Assembly: GCA_964016885.1 (NCBI GenBank)
Contig: OZ024741.1
Location: 184,698,001-184,762,000, forward strand
Source: Eledone cirrhosa
Taxonomy: Eukaryota
Direction: 5' to 3'
DNA: 64,000 nt
How positions within the stretch are numbered: position 1 is the stretch's first letter; every line of letters begins with the position of its first letter. Made by a program: the position numbers and the translations under genes. Positions 53,110-64,000 of the stretch are shown here, piece by piece. Below the pieces are notes generated by a model, which was not told the DNA's origin, searched no databases, and saw only the letters and a program-made list of their open reading frames with translations.

Positions 53110-53236
53110 TTCTACTCACATGGCTCTGTTCCACTCAAGGCAATGGTAATTGAAACTTGCGCAAGATGATACAGTGCTGTAGTGAACTTGTGATCTAATG
53201 GTTACGAAGCGAGCTTTTTAAACATTTGGCAATGCT
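53110..53236 (-). mobile_element. Highly degenerate CORE-type tRNA SINE head
   Basis: Reverse complement reads GCATTGCC..AAGCTCGCTTCGTAACCA..AGTTCA..CATCTTGCGCAAGT, reminiscent of a CORE-SINE ACCTTGGGCAAGT layout. Confidence 0.4.
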
Positions 53237-53659
53237 GCGTTCACAATAACAATATTAATGTCAATGTACTTACTGAACTATCTTACCTAACTAGTTAGTG
53301 CATGCTGCTCCAAGATTATAGGCCTGTTTTCAGTATATTATTTTCCCCAATGCACACTGAATCATTCCGTAATGCTGCACACGCACTCATTATGTAACCT
53401 GCTGGGAGGTTTGGGGCGTCTAGTAAAGTATATTATAGTTTTGCGTTGCAGTTGATATGCGAATTAGTGGTATACAATTCCGGAATATTTTCACGTGTCT
53501 ATCAAATGATAACAATTACAGATAAAATATTTAAAGGGTCTATATGATTCTCTTATGACAATAATATTGATATTCTGAACAGTCTACAAGTCTACACACA
53601 TACATACATACACACACACGCAGGCACAGAAACGCGCACACATACGCACACACACACAT

Positions 53660-53730
<71 letters not shown>

Positions 53731-53920
53731 ATAATTGTTTCTACTTTAGGCACAAGGCCAGCAATTACCCAGTGCATTACTGGTACTTTATTTTATCGAC
53801 CCCCTAAGGATGAAAGGCAAAGTCAACCTCGGCGGGATTTGAACCCAGATCGTAAAGGGACGTAACTATGCCGGAAAGCATGGCGTCCGACCATCCACCG
53901 ATACTGCCAATCCACCGCCC
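53731..53920 (-). mobile_element. SINE S1, full length
   Basis: Full-length copy; (TA)nATAAT duplicated on both sides. Confidence 0.9.
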
Positions 53921-54274
53921 TTATATATATATATAATAATGTAATAGAATTAGGAAAATCAACAAAGAGAAGACAAGACAACGAACCAAAACAAGGCAAA
54001 ACGAAAAATTAAAAAAAAAAAAAAAATGTAAAACACAGAACTCCAGCGTCTTTAGTCTTTGATATGGACTTTGGGAGTTTCATCCGCTACCAACGTTGCT
54101 GCTGGTCCAACAGGGGTCACAGAATTTGACATAAGCCAAAGCGCTGTTCGTGGAGTAAGAGCCAAGAAAAAAACAATTAAGCTATAACACGTAATACACA
54201 CACACACAGACGGACACACACACACACACAGACACACACACACAAACACACACATACACACATACATGCGCGCG

Positions 54275-54321
<47 letters not shown>

Positions 54322-54791
54322 ACACAGCATTGAAGAGATGGTGTCAACAAGATTAGATGATGTGTGCTATAGTTTTTGTAGTAGGCACTCATAGCGTAAT
54401 TTTCTCCCGATGATTTTGCTCAAACTATTTAGTATTGAACAATGAAAATAAAATAAAAATAAAACAAAAGTCGAAGGTAGGTTCTTAATTCATTCATTGT
54501 TTATGCTCGTTTCAGAGGGTTGATTGATCATGGTAGTGGTTATGTCACTACCTACCATGTAGTGATTATATCACTACCTATTTCTAGTCTACAGAAACTA
54601 TCATATATGTTTTTTTCATATAACCGAATTGGCAGGCTATCCCCGATTAGAATTGTTCGTCTATTTTTTTAATTTTCTATTCTGTGTTTATGTTCAGCGT
54701 GATCTTGTCTAATTCTGCAAATAACACCTGATAACACCTGATGTAATCGTTTAGTCTTGCAGCATGTTCAGGTGATAAAGCTGGGTGGTCG

Positions 54792-55270
54792 AAATTTTCA
54801 AGTCCGCGCTTCCGTTGTTTTTTAATATATATATATATATATATATATCAGTAGAAGGAAAAAAAAATTCTGACAAATTTTTCCCAGTGAAAAATACTTT
54901 AATTAGGAATAAATATAAATTAGTAATAAGTATTGGTTAGAATTCAGTTTTAGTTTTAAGTTTTTACCGGTTGCTCATTTCTAATGCTTTTCAAAAATAA
55001 TTTTGAGATAGAGCGCTCGTGATGTTTGCTCTAATCAGATTAGAGCAAACATCACGAGCGCTCTATCTCAAAATTATTTTTGAAAAGCATTAGAAATGCG
55101 CAACCGGTAAAAACTTAAAACTAAAACTGAATTCTAACCAATACTTATTACTAATTTATATTTATTCCTAATTAAACTATTTTTCACTGGGAAAAATTTG
55201 TCAGAATTTTCTTTTCCTTTTACTAATATATATATATTAAAAAAACACGGAAGCGCGGACTTGAAAATTT
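54792..55270. repeat. ~480-bp near-perfect palindrome with a 1-nt centre (55037)
   Basis: ...GATGTTTGCTCTAATC-A-GATTAGAGCAAACATC...; symmetry extends to AAATTTTCAAGTCCGCGCTTCCG / CGGAAGCGCGGACTTGAAAATTT. Confidence 0.95.
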
Positions 55271-55723
55271 ACTTTCAATTTTATTTTGTGTTTTATGTAG
55301 ATAAATAAATAAATAAATATGTAGTTCAAGTTTTAGGTGGTTGTTCTTAATATGAGTTACGAGGGGCGTTGATTTTGCATTTTATGTAAATAAATATGTA
55401 GTTAAAATTGAGAATGTTTTAAATTAAATTAACGGAGTTAGGTATAATAAGTTTATATGATTGAAAAGGAAAGATGACTCTCATTTTTTTGTTAATCGTT
55501 AGTGTGAGATTAATTAATTATTTAGTCGAAAGAAATATGAATGTTTAAATACCGTCTTGAATAGGATACATTTTGCTAAAATCAGTTAATGGTTATTAAT
55601 TTACGTTTAAAATAGCTTTAGAGGGTGTCATTGGAAAAATAACTGATAAGGTATGATTTAAGAAAATTCAACTGATAAGGAATAATTTCCTTGGCTATGT
55701 CAAAATTTATAAAACACTCTTTG

Positions 55724-55786
55724 TATTTTATCTAATGAAAGCGTACCAAAGTTTTTTGGTACCCTTGAAATATATATAATAGAATA
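55724..55786 (+). ncRNA. Hammerhead motif family H1 with a core substitution (CTAATGA), probably inactive
   Basis: TATTTTAT/ATAGAATA stem I, GTACCAAA/TTTGGTAC stem II, GAAATATATATA. Confidence 0.55.
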
Positions 55787-55826
55787 AATATGGTTTTATA
55801 AATATAGTTTCCATTTATTTAATATT

Positions 55827-55864
<38 letters not shown>

Positions 55865-55870
55865 GATGAT

Positions 55871-56010
55871 AATAATTGTTTCTACTTTTGGCACAAGGCC
55901 AACAATTATCCCAATGTAATACTGGTACTTTATTCTATCGACTCCGTAAGGATGAAAGGCAAAGTTAACTCCGGCGGGATTTGAACTCAGACCATAAAGG
56001 GCCGTAACTT
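55871..56010 (-). mobile_element. SINE S1, 5'-truncated
   Basis: Matches the family 3' 140 bp; AAT-rich flanks. Confidence 0.85.
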
Positions 56011-56877
56011 AATAATATTAATAATAAGTATGACCGAACTTGCAGCTGCGAGTAGCAGATTTCCCTCCGATTTTCAAAGGCTCTCACAAAGCACTCAATG
56101 AGAAAGTAGTCAATAAATTACTCCTCAGAGTGAACACAATAAGTTAGGTAATAGTGATACAATTAAAAATGCGACCAGGTGAATGTTGCCACCTTAATAC
56201 TACAACAACGAAAAATTCAGAAAGGTTTAAAGATAAATCTGGACCTGTTCGATAGATATTAGATATTAATCGATAAATATCTTCGATAGGTTTTTGGGAA
56301 ATCCGGAAGTTACACTCCACGTTGCGTAATGTATATGCAAGTCAGTAATGTACCCCAGGATGGAACGGGGATTTCCCTTCGTCAACGGGTCTTTCGTTGC
56401 AATATCCACTTATCGCGGCGCGGGTTCTGAAACAACACAGCCATTCAACTGTCGTCGTAAATATGGCAGTGAGGTCACGTGTTCTTTCTCAAAAAAAGAG
56501 GAAGGTCACATCCGGGTTTTGGCGAGTACATTAAAGAAGTGTGAACAAAGGATTTATTCACAGCCTCGAAGTAAGCTCTCAACTAGGTTTACAAACAAAA
56601 AAATAAAAATCAATTAACTAATTAATTAAACAATTAATTATAAAGGCTACGAGAAAATATTAATAATAATGTGCATAACCAAATTGCAGCTGCGAGTAGC
56701 AGATTCGCATCCGATTTTCGAAGGCTATCACAAAGCACTCAATGAGAGAGTGGTCAATATACTACTTCTCAGAGTAATCACAATAAGTTAAGTAATAGTT
56801 ATACAATGAAAAATGCGACCAGAGGCAAGGCGCCACATTAATACTACAACAACGAAAAATACATATATAAACATATT

Positions 56878-57238
<361 letters not shown>

Positions 57239-57665
57239 CATTTCTTTACAAAAGCACCTAATGCACTTGCTATTAACTTGCTATTAATTAACATCGAGAT
57301 GCAGTTCCACTTCTGCAACCTTATTGATTCATTAAGTGAGTTAAGTATGACCAGAGATCGCTGAAATAACATTAATGACGTTCGTAAAACACACACACGA
57401 CCTCTTTTATACCATAACGTGTTTCTGTCTTTGCGCATAATTGTTTTTCACCGCTCCTATTAATGACGTATTATATTCGTTTTTTCCCGTTCTTTGCCAA
57501 GGAACGTTTCCACGAACCAAAGTATCGTCTTCCTATCTTCCTCCGGTTGCAACATTTTTTTGAAATATTCACTTCTGCGTTTACAGATTGACTTTGTTAG
57601 TTTCAGAAGATCCCGTTAAGGGTGAAAGCAGCGATTCTTTGCTTAAACTTTAATCTGTTATTTTA

Positions 57666-57755
<90 letters not shown>

Positions 57756-58171
57756 TCTGAAGTTGGAAATAGCATGGAAAATATAATTTAGGGACTGTTT
57801 TTCATTTTTTTTCTTTCTTTGATTCATCAAAGTGGCATTATTGAAAAAATGAGACGGACAATACTTTTCAAAAAGAGTTTTATAATGTATACAGAGTATT
57901 ACCTGCGTGTTTCGCATATTAATAACAATATTCGATTCGTTTACAATTATGCAAACAAGCCTCATTTTAAAAGCCATGTCAGTAGAATGAGCCCCTCATT
58001 CTTGCAGTTGTGTTTGCATGTAAAAAGAATTGCAGATACTAATATTTCTGGGTATTACCCTTGATCTGTATAGTTCACTCTTCACCTGCCAACTGTCAGA
58101 GCTAGTGAAAATATACAGTGACATTAGTGTCTGCAGTTCTGTTTACATGCCACACAAGCTCTTCTGTTGGC

Positions 58172-58227
<56 letters not shown>

Positions 58228-58443
58228 ATGTATACGTACATACATATATGTATACAGACGTACAGTAGTATGTATATATATATATAAGAGTGAGAAATGA
58301 AATTTCGTTTCATTTTTTCCGTTTATCGTTTTGGGTAGCCCGGCCGATTAACTCACCCGATATGCAAATTAGGCTGCTCAGCCGTTAAAATGCATAAGGA
58401 AAGTATATACTTTCAGACGTTCAACCATCTGGCAGGAAGGTAT

Positions 58444-58486
58444 ACGTTGCTGACGATAGCTAATAAGCTTGAAACTAGTACAGCGT
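58444..58486 (+). ncRNA. Minimal type I hammerhead ribozyme motif (family H3)
   Basis: ACGTTG-CTGACGA-T AGCT AATA AGCT T-GAAAC-TA-GTA-CAGCGT; predicted cut after 58480. Confidence 0.7.
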
Positions 58487-58624
58487 TCCTTTGTCAGTGT
58501 TGAACAAATGAGCAACGATGGTTGCTAGACACTGTACGGCTTAATTCGGGATGTTTGTTTACAAATACACCGAGCATTATAATAAACGTTCGGTGAATCC
58601 ATACGTACATATATATATGTGTGC

Positions 58625-58663
<39 letters not shown>

Positions 58664-58812
58664 CTACTGTATGTCTGTATACATATATGTATGTACGTAT
58701 ACATACTTATATTTAAGTAACAGCCGTACTAAGAGTGAGAAATGAAGTTTTGTTTCATTTTTTCCGTTTATATATATATATATATACATATATATATTTA
58801 TATTTATATATA

Positions 58813-59070
58813 TATATAAAGAAAATTTTCGCTCTACATGGCTGAATACAATAAATGTAATCTGAGTTTTTCGAATATTAATAATAACGTTCGATTCATT
58901 TTCAATTATGCAAACAAGCCTCAATTTTATAGCCATGTTAGTAGAATGAACCCTTCATTCTTGCTCCTGTGTTGGCATGCAAACGAATCGAATGTTATTA
59001 TTAATATTCGAAAAACTCAGATTATATTTATTGTATTCAGCCATGTAGAGCGAAAATTGTCTTTATATAT
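58813..59070. repeat. ~90-bp inverted repeat with ~80-bp spacer, flanked by (TA)n
   Basis: 58813-58901 is the reverse complement of 58981-59070; a related sequence lies at 57905-58020. Confidence 0.85.
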
Positions 59071-59920
59071 ATATATATATATATAAAGACAATATAAAAG
59101 AAAGACAAACACAGATATATACATATATGTGTTCAAATCGTAAGGATTCGCTAAGATGAAAAGAATACTAACTATAGATAATAGGGTTTGCCTGACTCAA
59201 TTTAAGAATAAATCAAGAAAATAAATACAAATCGGAATTGTGGTAACTACCAATCACCCAGACAGCCTTTAGTACTGCTGTTTCGCAAAATTAATTGTGA
59301 ATAGGAATGCCAATTCTTACTCATCAGTGGTTGAAGAATTAGTATCCTAGACACTTCTAAGTATATTAAGAACTGAATAGTGTGCGTATATATAACGCAC
59401 ATGGTATCTGAACCTAGCGCGTCTCACAAACTTACACCACTAAAAATAGCAGCCAGGTTTATCCGAAATTTGAATTAGCTCAACAAATTAACTCAATATA
59501 TACCTTTGATATATTCGGCTCCCTTAAACATTAGATAAATTCTTCAATTTAGCTTTATTATTGTTTATCCATATTTATTAGTATCTGTTATTGGTTATTA
59601 TTATTGTTTATCCATCTTACGGTATTAATCCACGCTATATTTATTTCTTCGCCTCTTCTCTGAAAATTACGCTATTCTCTCTCACTAAAATATACTCAGG
59701 GTTCTCTCTTTCTTTCTTACGTTTTTTTCTCTTTCTTTTCTCTTTTTTCGCTATTCCAACGGCTTAATTTAAATATACTGTTTTTAATCCTTTCCAACAC
59801 TAATTTGCATAATAAACCAACAATAAATCTAATAACTCCACTCTCCAGGAGATTCCAACCAGAATGATTGCATTTTTTAAGGGTATGTCAATATTTATTT
59901 ATAAAAAATAACCTATATTA

Positions 59921-59986
59921 TATTTTATCTGATGAAAGTGCACCATAGTTTGCTCTGGTGGCCCTTGAAATATGTATAATGAAATA
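59921..59986 (+). ncRNA. Type I hammerhead ribozyme motif (family H1)
   Basis: TATTTTAT-CTGATGA-[AAG..CACCA...TGGTG..CTT]-GAAA-TATGTA-TA-ATGAAATA. Confidence 0.65.
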
Positions 59987-60024
59987 AATATGTTTTTATA
60001 AATATAGTTTCCATTAGTTAATAT

Positions 60025-60106
<82 letters not shown>

Positions 60107-60279
60107 CATATATATATAGGAGGAGGTTATAGTTCACTTGAAGCATTGTGTAATGAGGTATAAACGTTTGTATATGAAATAATAAAGCCAAAACAATGCA
60201 GGTATGGACATAGAATAAAGAATGCAAATGCAAAAGATATTGTTGACAATTAGTCTTTTACCTTAGATTTATTTAAATG

Positions 60280-60700
60280 TTCTTAATTTTCGAGATAATA
60301 TCTCTTCTTCGGAGGGAAGTAAAGCGGTTAAACCAGTGTTCTAAATAGCTTGCCAAGTCATGCTGACAAGAAATGGTATAGAGTATCTGTTCTATCTCTA
60401 ATGTCAAAGAGTTAAGGTTAGGTGGATAAAGAGTAGTCTCCCTTTAAAAGGGTTTTTTTTTCGTACATGCCTGTTTAAGTGTGTGGGAGAATGCATGAAG
60501 GTGTAAGTATGTGAGTGTGTGTGTGTGAGAGTGAGAAGACGCAGAAGAAACCTTCTTCCAAAAGATGCTATATTTAATATTTTTGTCTTTCAAGGACCAT
60601 ATGAGTTCTGAGAGAGCCGTGTTGGTTCTTTTAAGTTTGTATTTAAAAGACGAATGATGGTTATAAAGACGAGCTTTAAAAGAAGTGGAGCCAAATGAAA
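60280..60700 (-). mobile_element. PLE fragment (GIY-YIG C-terminal half and downstream region), different family from 13801
   Basis: GSTSFKARLYNHHSSFKYKLKRTNTALSELIWSLKDKNIKYSIFWK; degenerate hammerhead-like CCGAAGA-A-GAGAT/ATCTC-GAAA at ~60283-60316. Confidence 0.7.
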
Positions 60701-60917
60701 AATTTACCATTATCTCTAATCTAGATTCTATAATAAATAAACGCACTGACTTGTTTTCTATCTGCTTGCATAAATTCCATAAAACATTTCACAAAGTATA
60801 CAGCTAATATTCAATTCTTTATCAATTTAGAATCTTTTTCTCAAAGGCACATATATATATATACACTTCTTTTAAAAATATACCCATCTTTCTACCTTAT
60901 TTCAAAGGTTATTATAC

Positions 60918-61640
60918 ATTCTATAATACTTGTCTACTCTTTCTACATCACCCCTATTTATCACTTCCCTTTCTTCTCTTCTTCTTCTAATGTCTAACCC
61001 TAATCTGTACCTTTTCTCACTCCTGCCTAACATAGAATCAATTATTACATAATACAATACACTCTTACTCTATATCACCTTGTAAAAATCGTTCGTAAAC
61101 ATATACATTTTTTTTTGACGTTAGATTATTCATCCTCAATTCATTATTCTTTCTCCCTTTCATTTAACTCATTATTCTCAATACATATTAACATTTTCTT
61201 TTTCTTCGCACATATTATCAAACCCTTCAATATACAAACCTTAACTTTACATTATTTTTCTCTTCGTTAATTTTCAAATTCTATAATACTTGTGTACTCT
61301 TTCTACATCACCCCTATTTTATCACTTCCCTTTCTTCTCTTCTTCTTCTAATGTCTAACCCCTAATCTGTACCTTTTCTCACTCTTGCCTAACATAGAAT
61401 CAATTATTACATAATACAACACATTCTTATTCTATATCACCTTGTAAAAATCGTTCGTAAACATATACATTTTTTTTGACGTTAGATTATTCATCCTCAA
61501 TTCATTATTCTTTTCTCCCTTTCATCTAACTCATTATTCTCAATACATATTGACTCTTTCTTTTTCTTCGCACATATTATCAAACCCCTCAATATACAAA
61601 CCTTAACTTTACATTATTTTTCTCTTCGTTAATTTCCAAA
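60918..61640 (+). repeat. Tandem duplication, two ~360-bp units
   Basis: Units start ATTCTATAATACTTGT at 60918 and 61278; few substitutions and indels. Confidence 0.92.
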
Positions 61641-62044
61641 TTCTTTTAATTTATACATTATCTTCCAACGGTTTTCAACCTCTCTATGTAAAACAATATA
61701 TCTTTCTCAGTTATAAAAGCTATCTCTCTCTCTCTATCACCCATCTCTCCTCCTATCTCACCCTTCCTCATTATACTCCTCCCTCTCCACCTTCACTCTC
61801 ATCTCCTCCTTTTTTTTCATCCTTTCCACCCCCCCTCTAAATAAAATATTTTTCCCAATATCACACATCAATCTAAAACTACTTCTCATATGTTGATTTA
61901 AAACTGAACTATCCACAAGTGTTTTTTAACCTTCATATCATGTCCTGTTTTATCTGATAAAAACACAAATATTATTGCATGATGATATTTGTTTTTGAAA
62001 TGCGCATAATAAAATACATGGAGCTCTTCTAACCATCTTTTGTT

Positions 62045-62093
<49 letters not shown>

Positions 62094-62133
62094 TTATATA
62101 TATATATATGACAACATTCTAAAGCGACATTTA

Positions 62134-62305
62134 TGCCAGTATCGGACGCCATACTTTGTAGCTTAGAGTTACGGTCATTTACGGTCTGAGTTCAAATCCC
62201 GCCGTGGTTAACTTTGCCATTTATTCTTACAGGGTCGATAAAATAAAGCCCCAGTAATGCACTGGGATAATTGCTGGCCTTGTGCCCAAAGTAGAAATAA
62301 TTATT
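62134..62305 (+). mobile_element. SINE S1, diverged
   Basis: B box, central domain and tail recognisable. Confidence 0.8.
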
Positions 62306-62469
62306 TACTGAAAACATTCTTAAGTAATATTTTTATAGTTTTCAAAATGATATTTATTTGCCAAACCATATGTGAATTAAAGAAATTATATGTATCTATA
62401 CGGAATAGTATCGAAGGAATTTTTTGAAAGTATATCTAGCTCATGTGTTGCAGTAGTTAAAAGAATGAT

Positions 62470-62645
62470 TTCTAGTATAGGCAATATTCGACCCCAGTAC
62501 GTTATTGGTGCTTTATTTTATCGACCCTGTAAGGCTGAAAGGCAAAGGTAACCTCGGCGGGATTTGAACTCAGGCAGTATAGGACCAGAATTCTATACTA
62601 CACAGCATGGTGTCCGGCTCTACCGATACTGCTAATCCACCACCC
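62470..62645 (-). mobile_element. SINE S1-related, diverged copy with rearranged 3' end
   Basis: Head, B box and central domain recognisable on the minus strand. Confidence 0.75.
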
Positions 62646-63036
62646 TTGGCAGTAGTTAAAAGCATGTCGGTTTTCTCATAATTCAAAATTCGGTTTTATG
62701 AGCGTTTGGTTATTTGTCCCTCTCCTACACACATACAGACACACACAAAAACAACAACACACACACTGGGAACAAGGGGTGCAGACTTTCTGTACATACT
62801 GGTATATGAATTCGTCGTAATAGTCTTACGTGACAAAGATGCTCTTGACGTTAAAAGAAAACGGAGAGGAGAGTAAAAGGTGGTCATGCTGGATAGAACA
62901 TAAAACACCTACTACCTCTAATGTGTGTGAGTGTGTATGTGTGTACACATATTTATGCATACGTGCATTTCTCTCTCTCTCTCTTTATCATATATATATA
63001 AAAATCTATATCTATATGTATATCTATATCGATGCA

Positions 63037-63137
<101 letters not shown>

Positions 63138-63279
63138 ATATATATATATATATATATAGTAATGATAATAAATTTGAAGTCTAAAATCCAAAGAGGGCTC
63201 GATAATGATAAAGTTCAGAAGCTCCCGTTAAGGGTGAAAGCAGCGATTCTCTGCTTAAACTTTAATCTGTTATTTTAAT

Positions 63280-63340
<61 letters not shown>

Positions 63341-64000
63341 GTTCGACTTTCTTCACTATGTTCCAACATTTTCAACTTATTGCGTGTGAAGATTTTGCAT
63401 GTAAAGGTCATAGATTTGGTGAGCAAGACGAAATTATCCATTCTTACATTGATCACAGAATTATAAACTGGCATTACACAAAAGATCAATTATCTATTTA
63501 ATATTTATGATAATGTCGCCACAACACCCATACATGCACATATAGAATCACACCATAATACGAAATAATGATGGCAGAATTCTAAAAGCAAATCGTGAGA
63601 TTTCTACCAAGACAGAAGGCCATTAATTATTGTATATTGTTCCTTTAATGTTGTGTAAGGAGAAACCTGCAACAGGGAATATCATTAATAGCAACAACAA
63701 CAACAACAAAAGCAGTGACAGCAACAATGACATTAATAACCACAGCACCACAGCAATAATAGCAACAATAATAATCAAAACTACAATTGTAACAGAACAT
63801 GAAATATAACAACAACAGCAACAACAAAAAACACAACAATAAAAATAATTATATTTATGGCTTCTTTATCCTGAATACGTCATCCATTTTTCAAGACGCT
63901 ACAGATGAAATTTGAAGGAGATTTTGGCGGCAATTTCTAGCAGGTCTACCGACATTGTAAGATAATATCTTCCGTTGGTTGGAAGGCGAAACAAAAAGGG

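Overview
AT-rich, microsatellite-dense eukaryotic DNA with no host exon I can support. The SINE families resemble those known from octopus, so an octopod cephalopod is likely (inference). Nearly all structure is transposable. (1) Two Tc1/mariner relics, a CRE-type relic and an RTE 3' fragment. (2) A near-complete degenerate Penelope-like element (PLE; RT + GIY-YIG, 13801-17498), a second inverted copy and further PLE fragments. (3) Two tandem Tx1/L1-clade LINEs (20988-29654). (4) Four R4/Dong-type restriction-like-endonuclease LINEs on the minus strand (33182-44936), one with an uninterrupted ~1100-aa ORF. (5) Over a dozen copies or fragments of one tRNA-derived SINE. Highlights: three unrelated retroelement lineages share (ATT/AAT)n as a landing pad with fixed, opposite polarities. 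The SINE shares its 3' end with the Tx1 LINE. Type I hammerhead ribozyme motifs of at least four sequence families occur in small PLE-type repeats, including an inverted pair with one ribozyme per strand. Several palindromes are centred on (TA)n tracts. All alignments and folds were done by eye; no database search was run.
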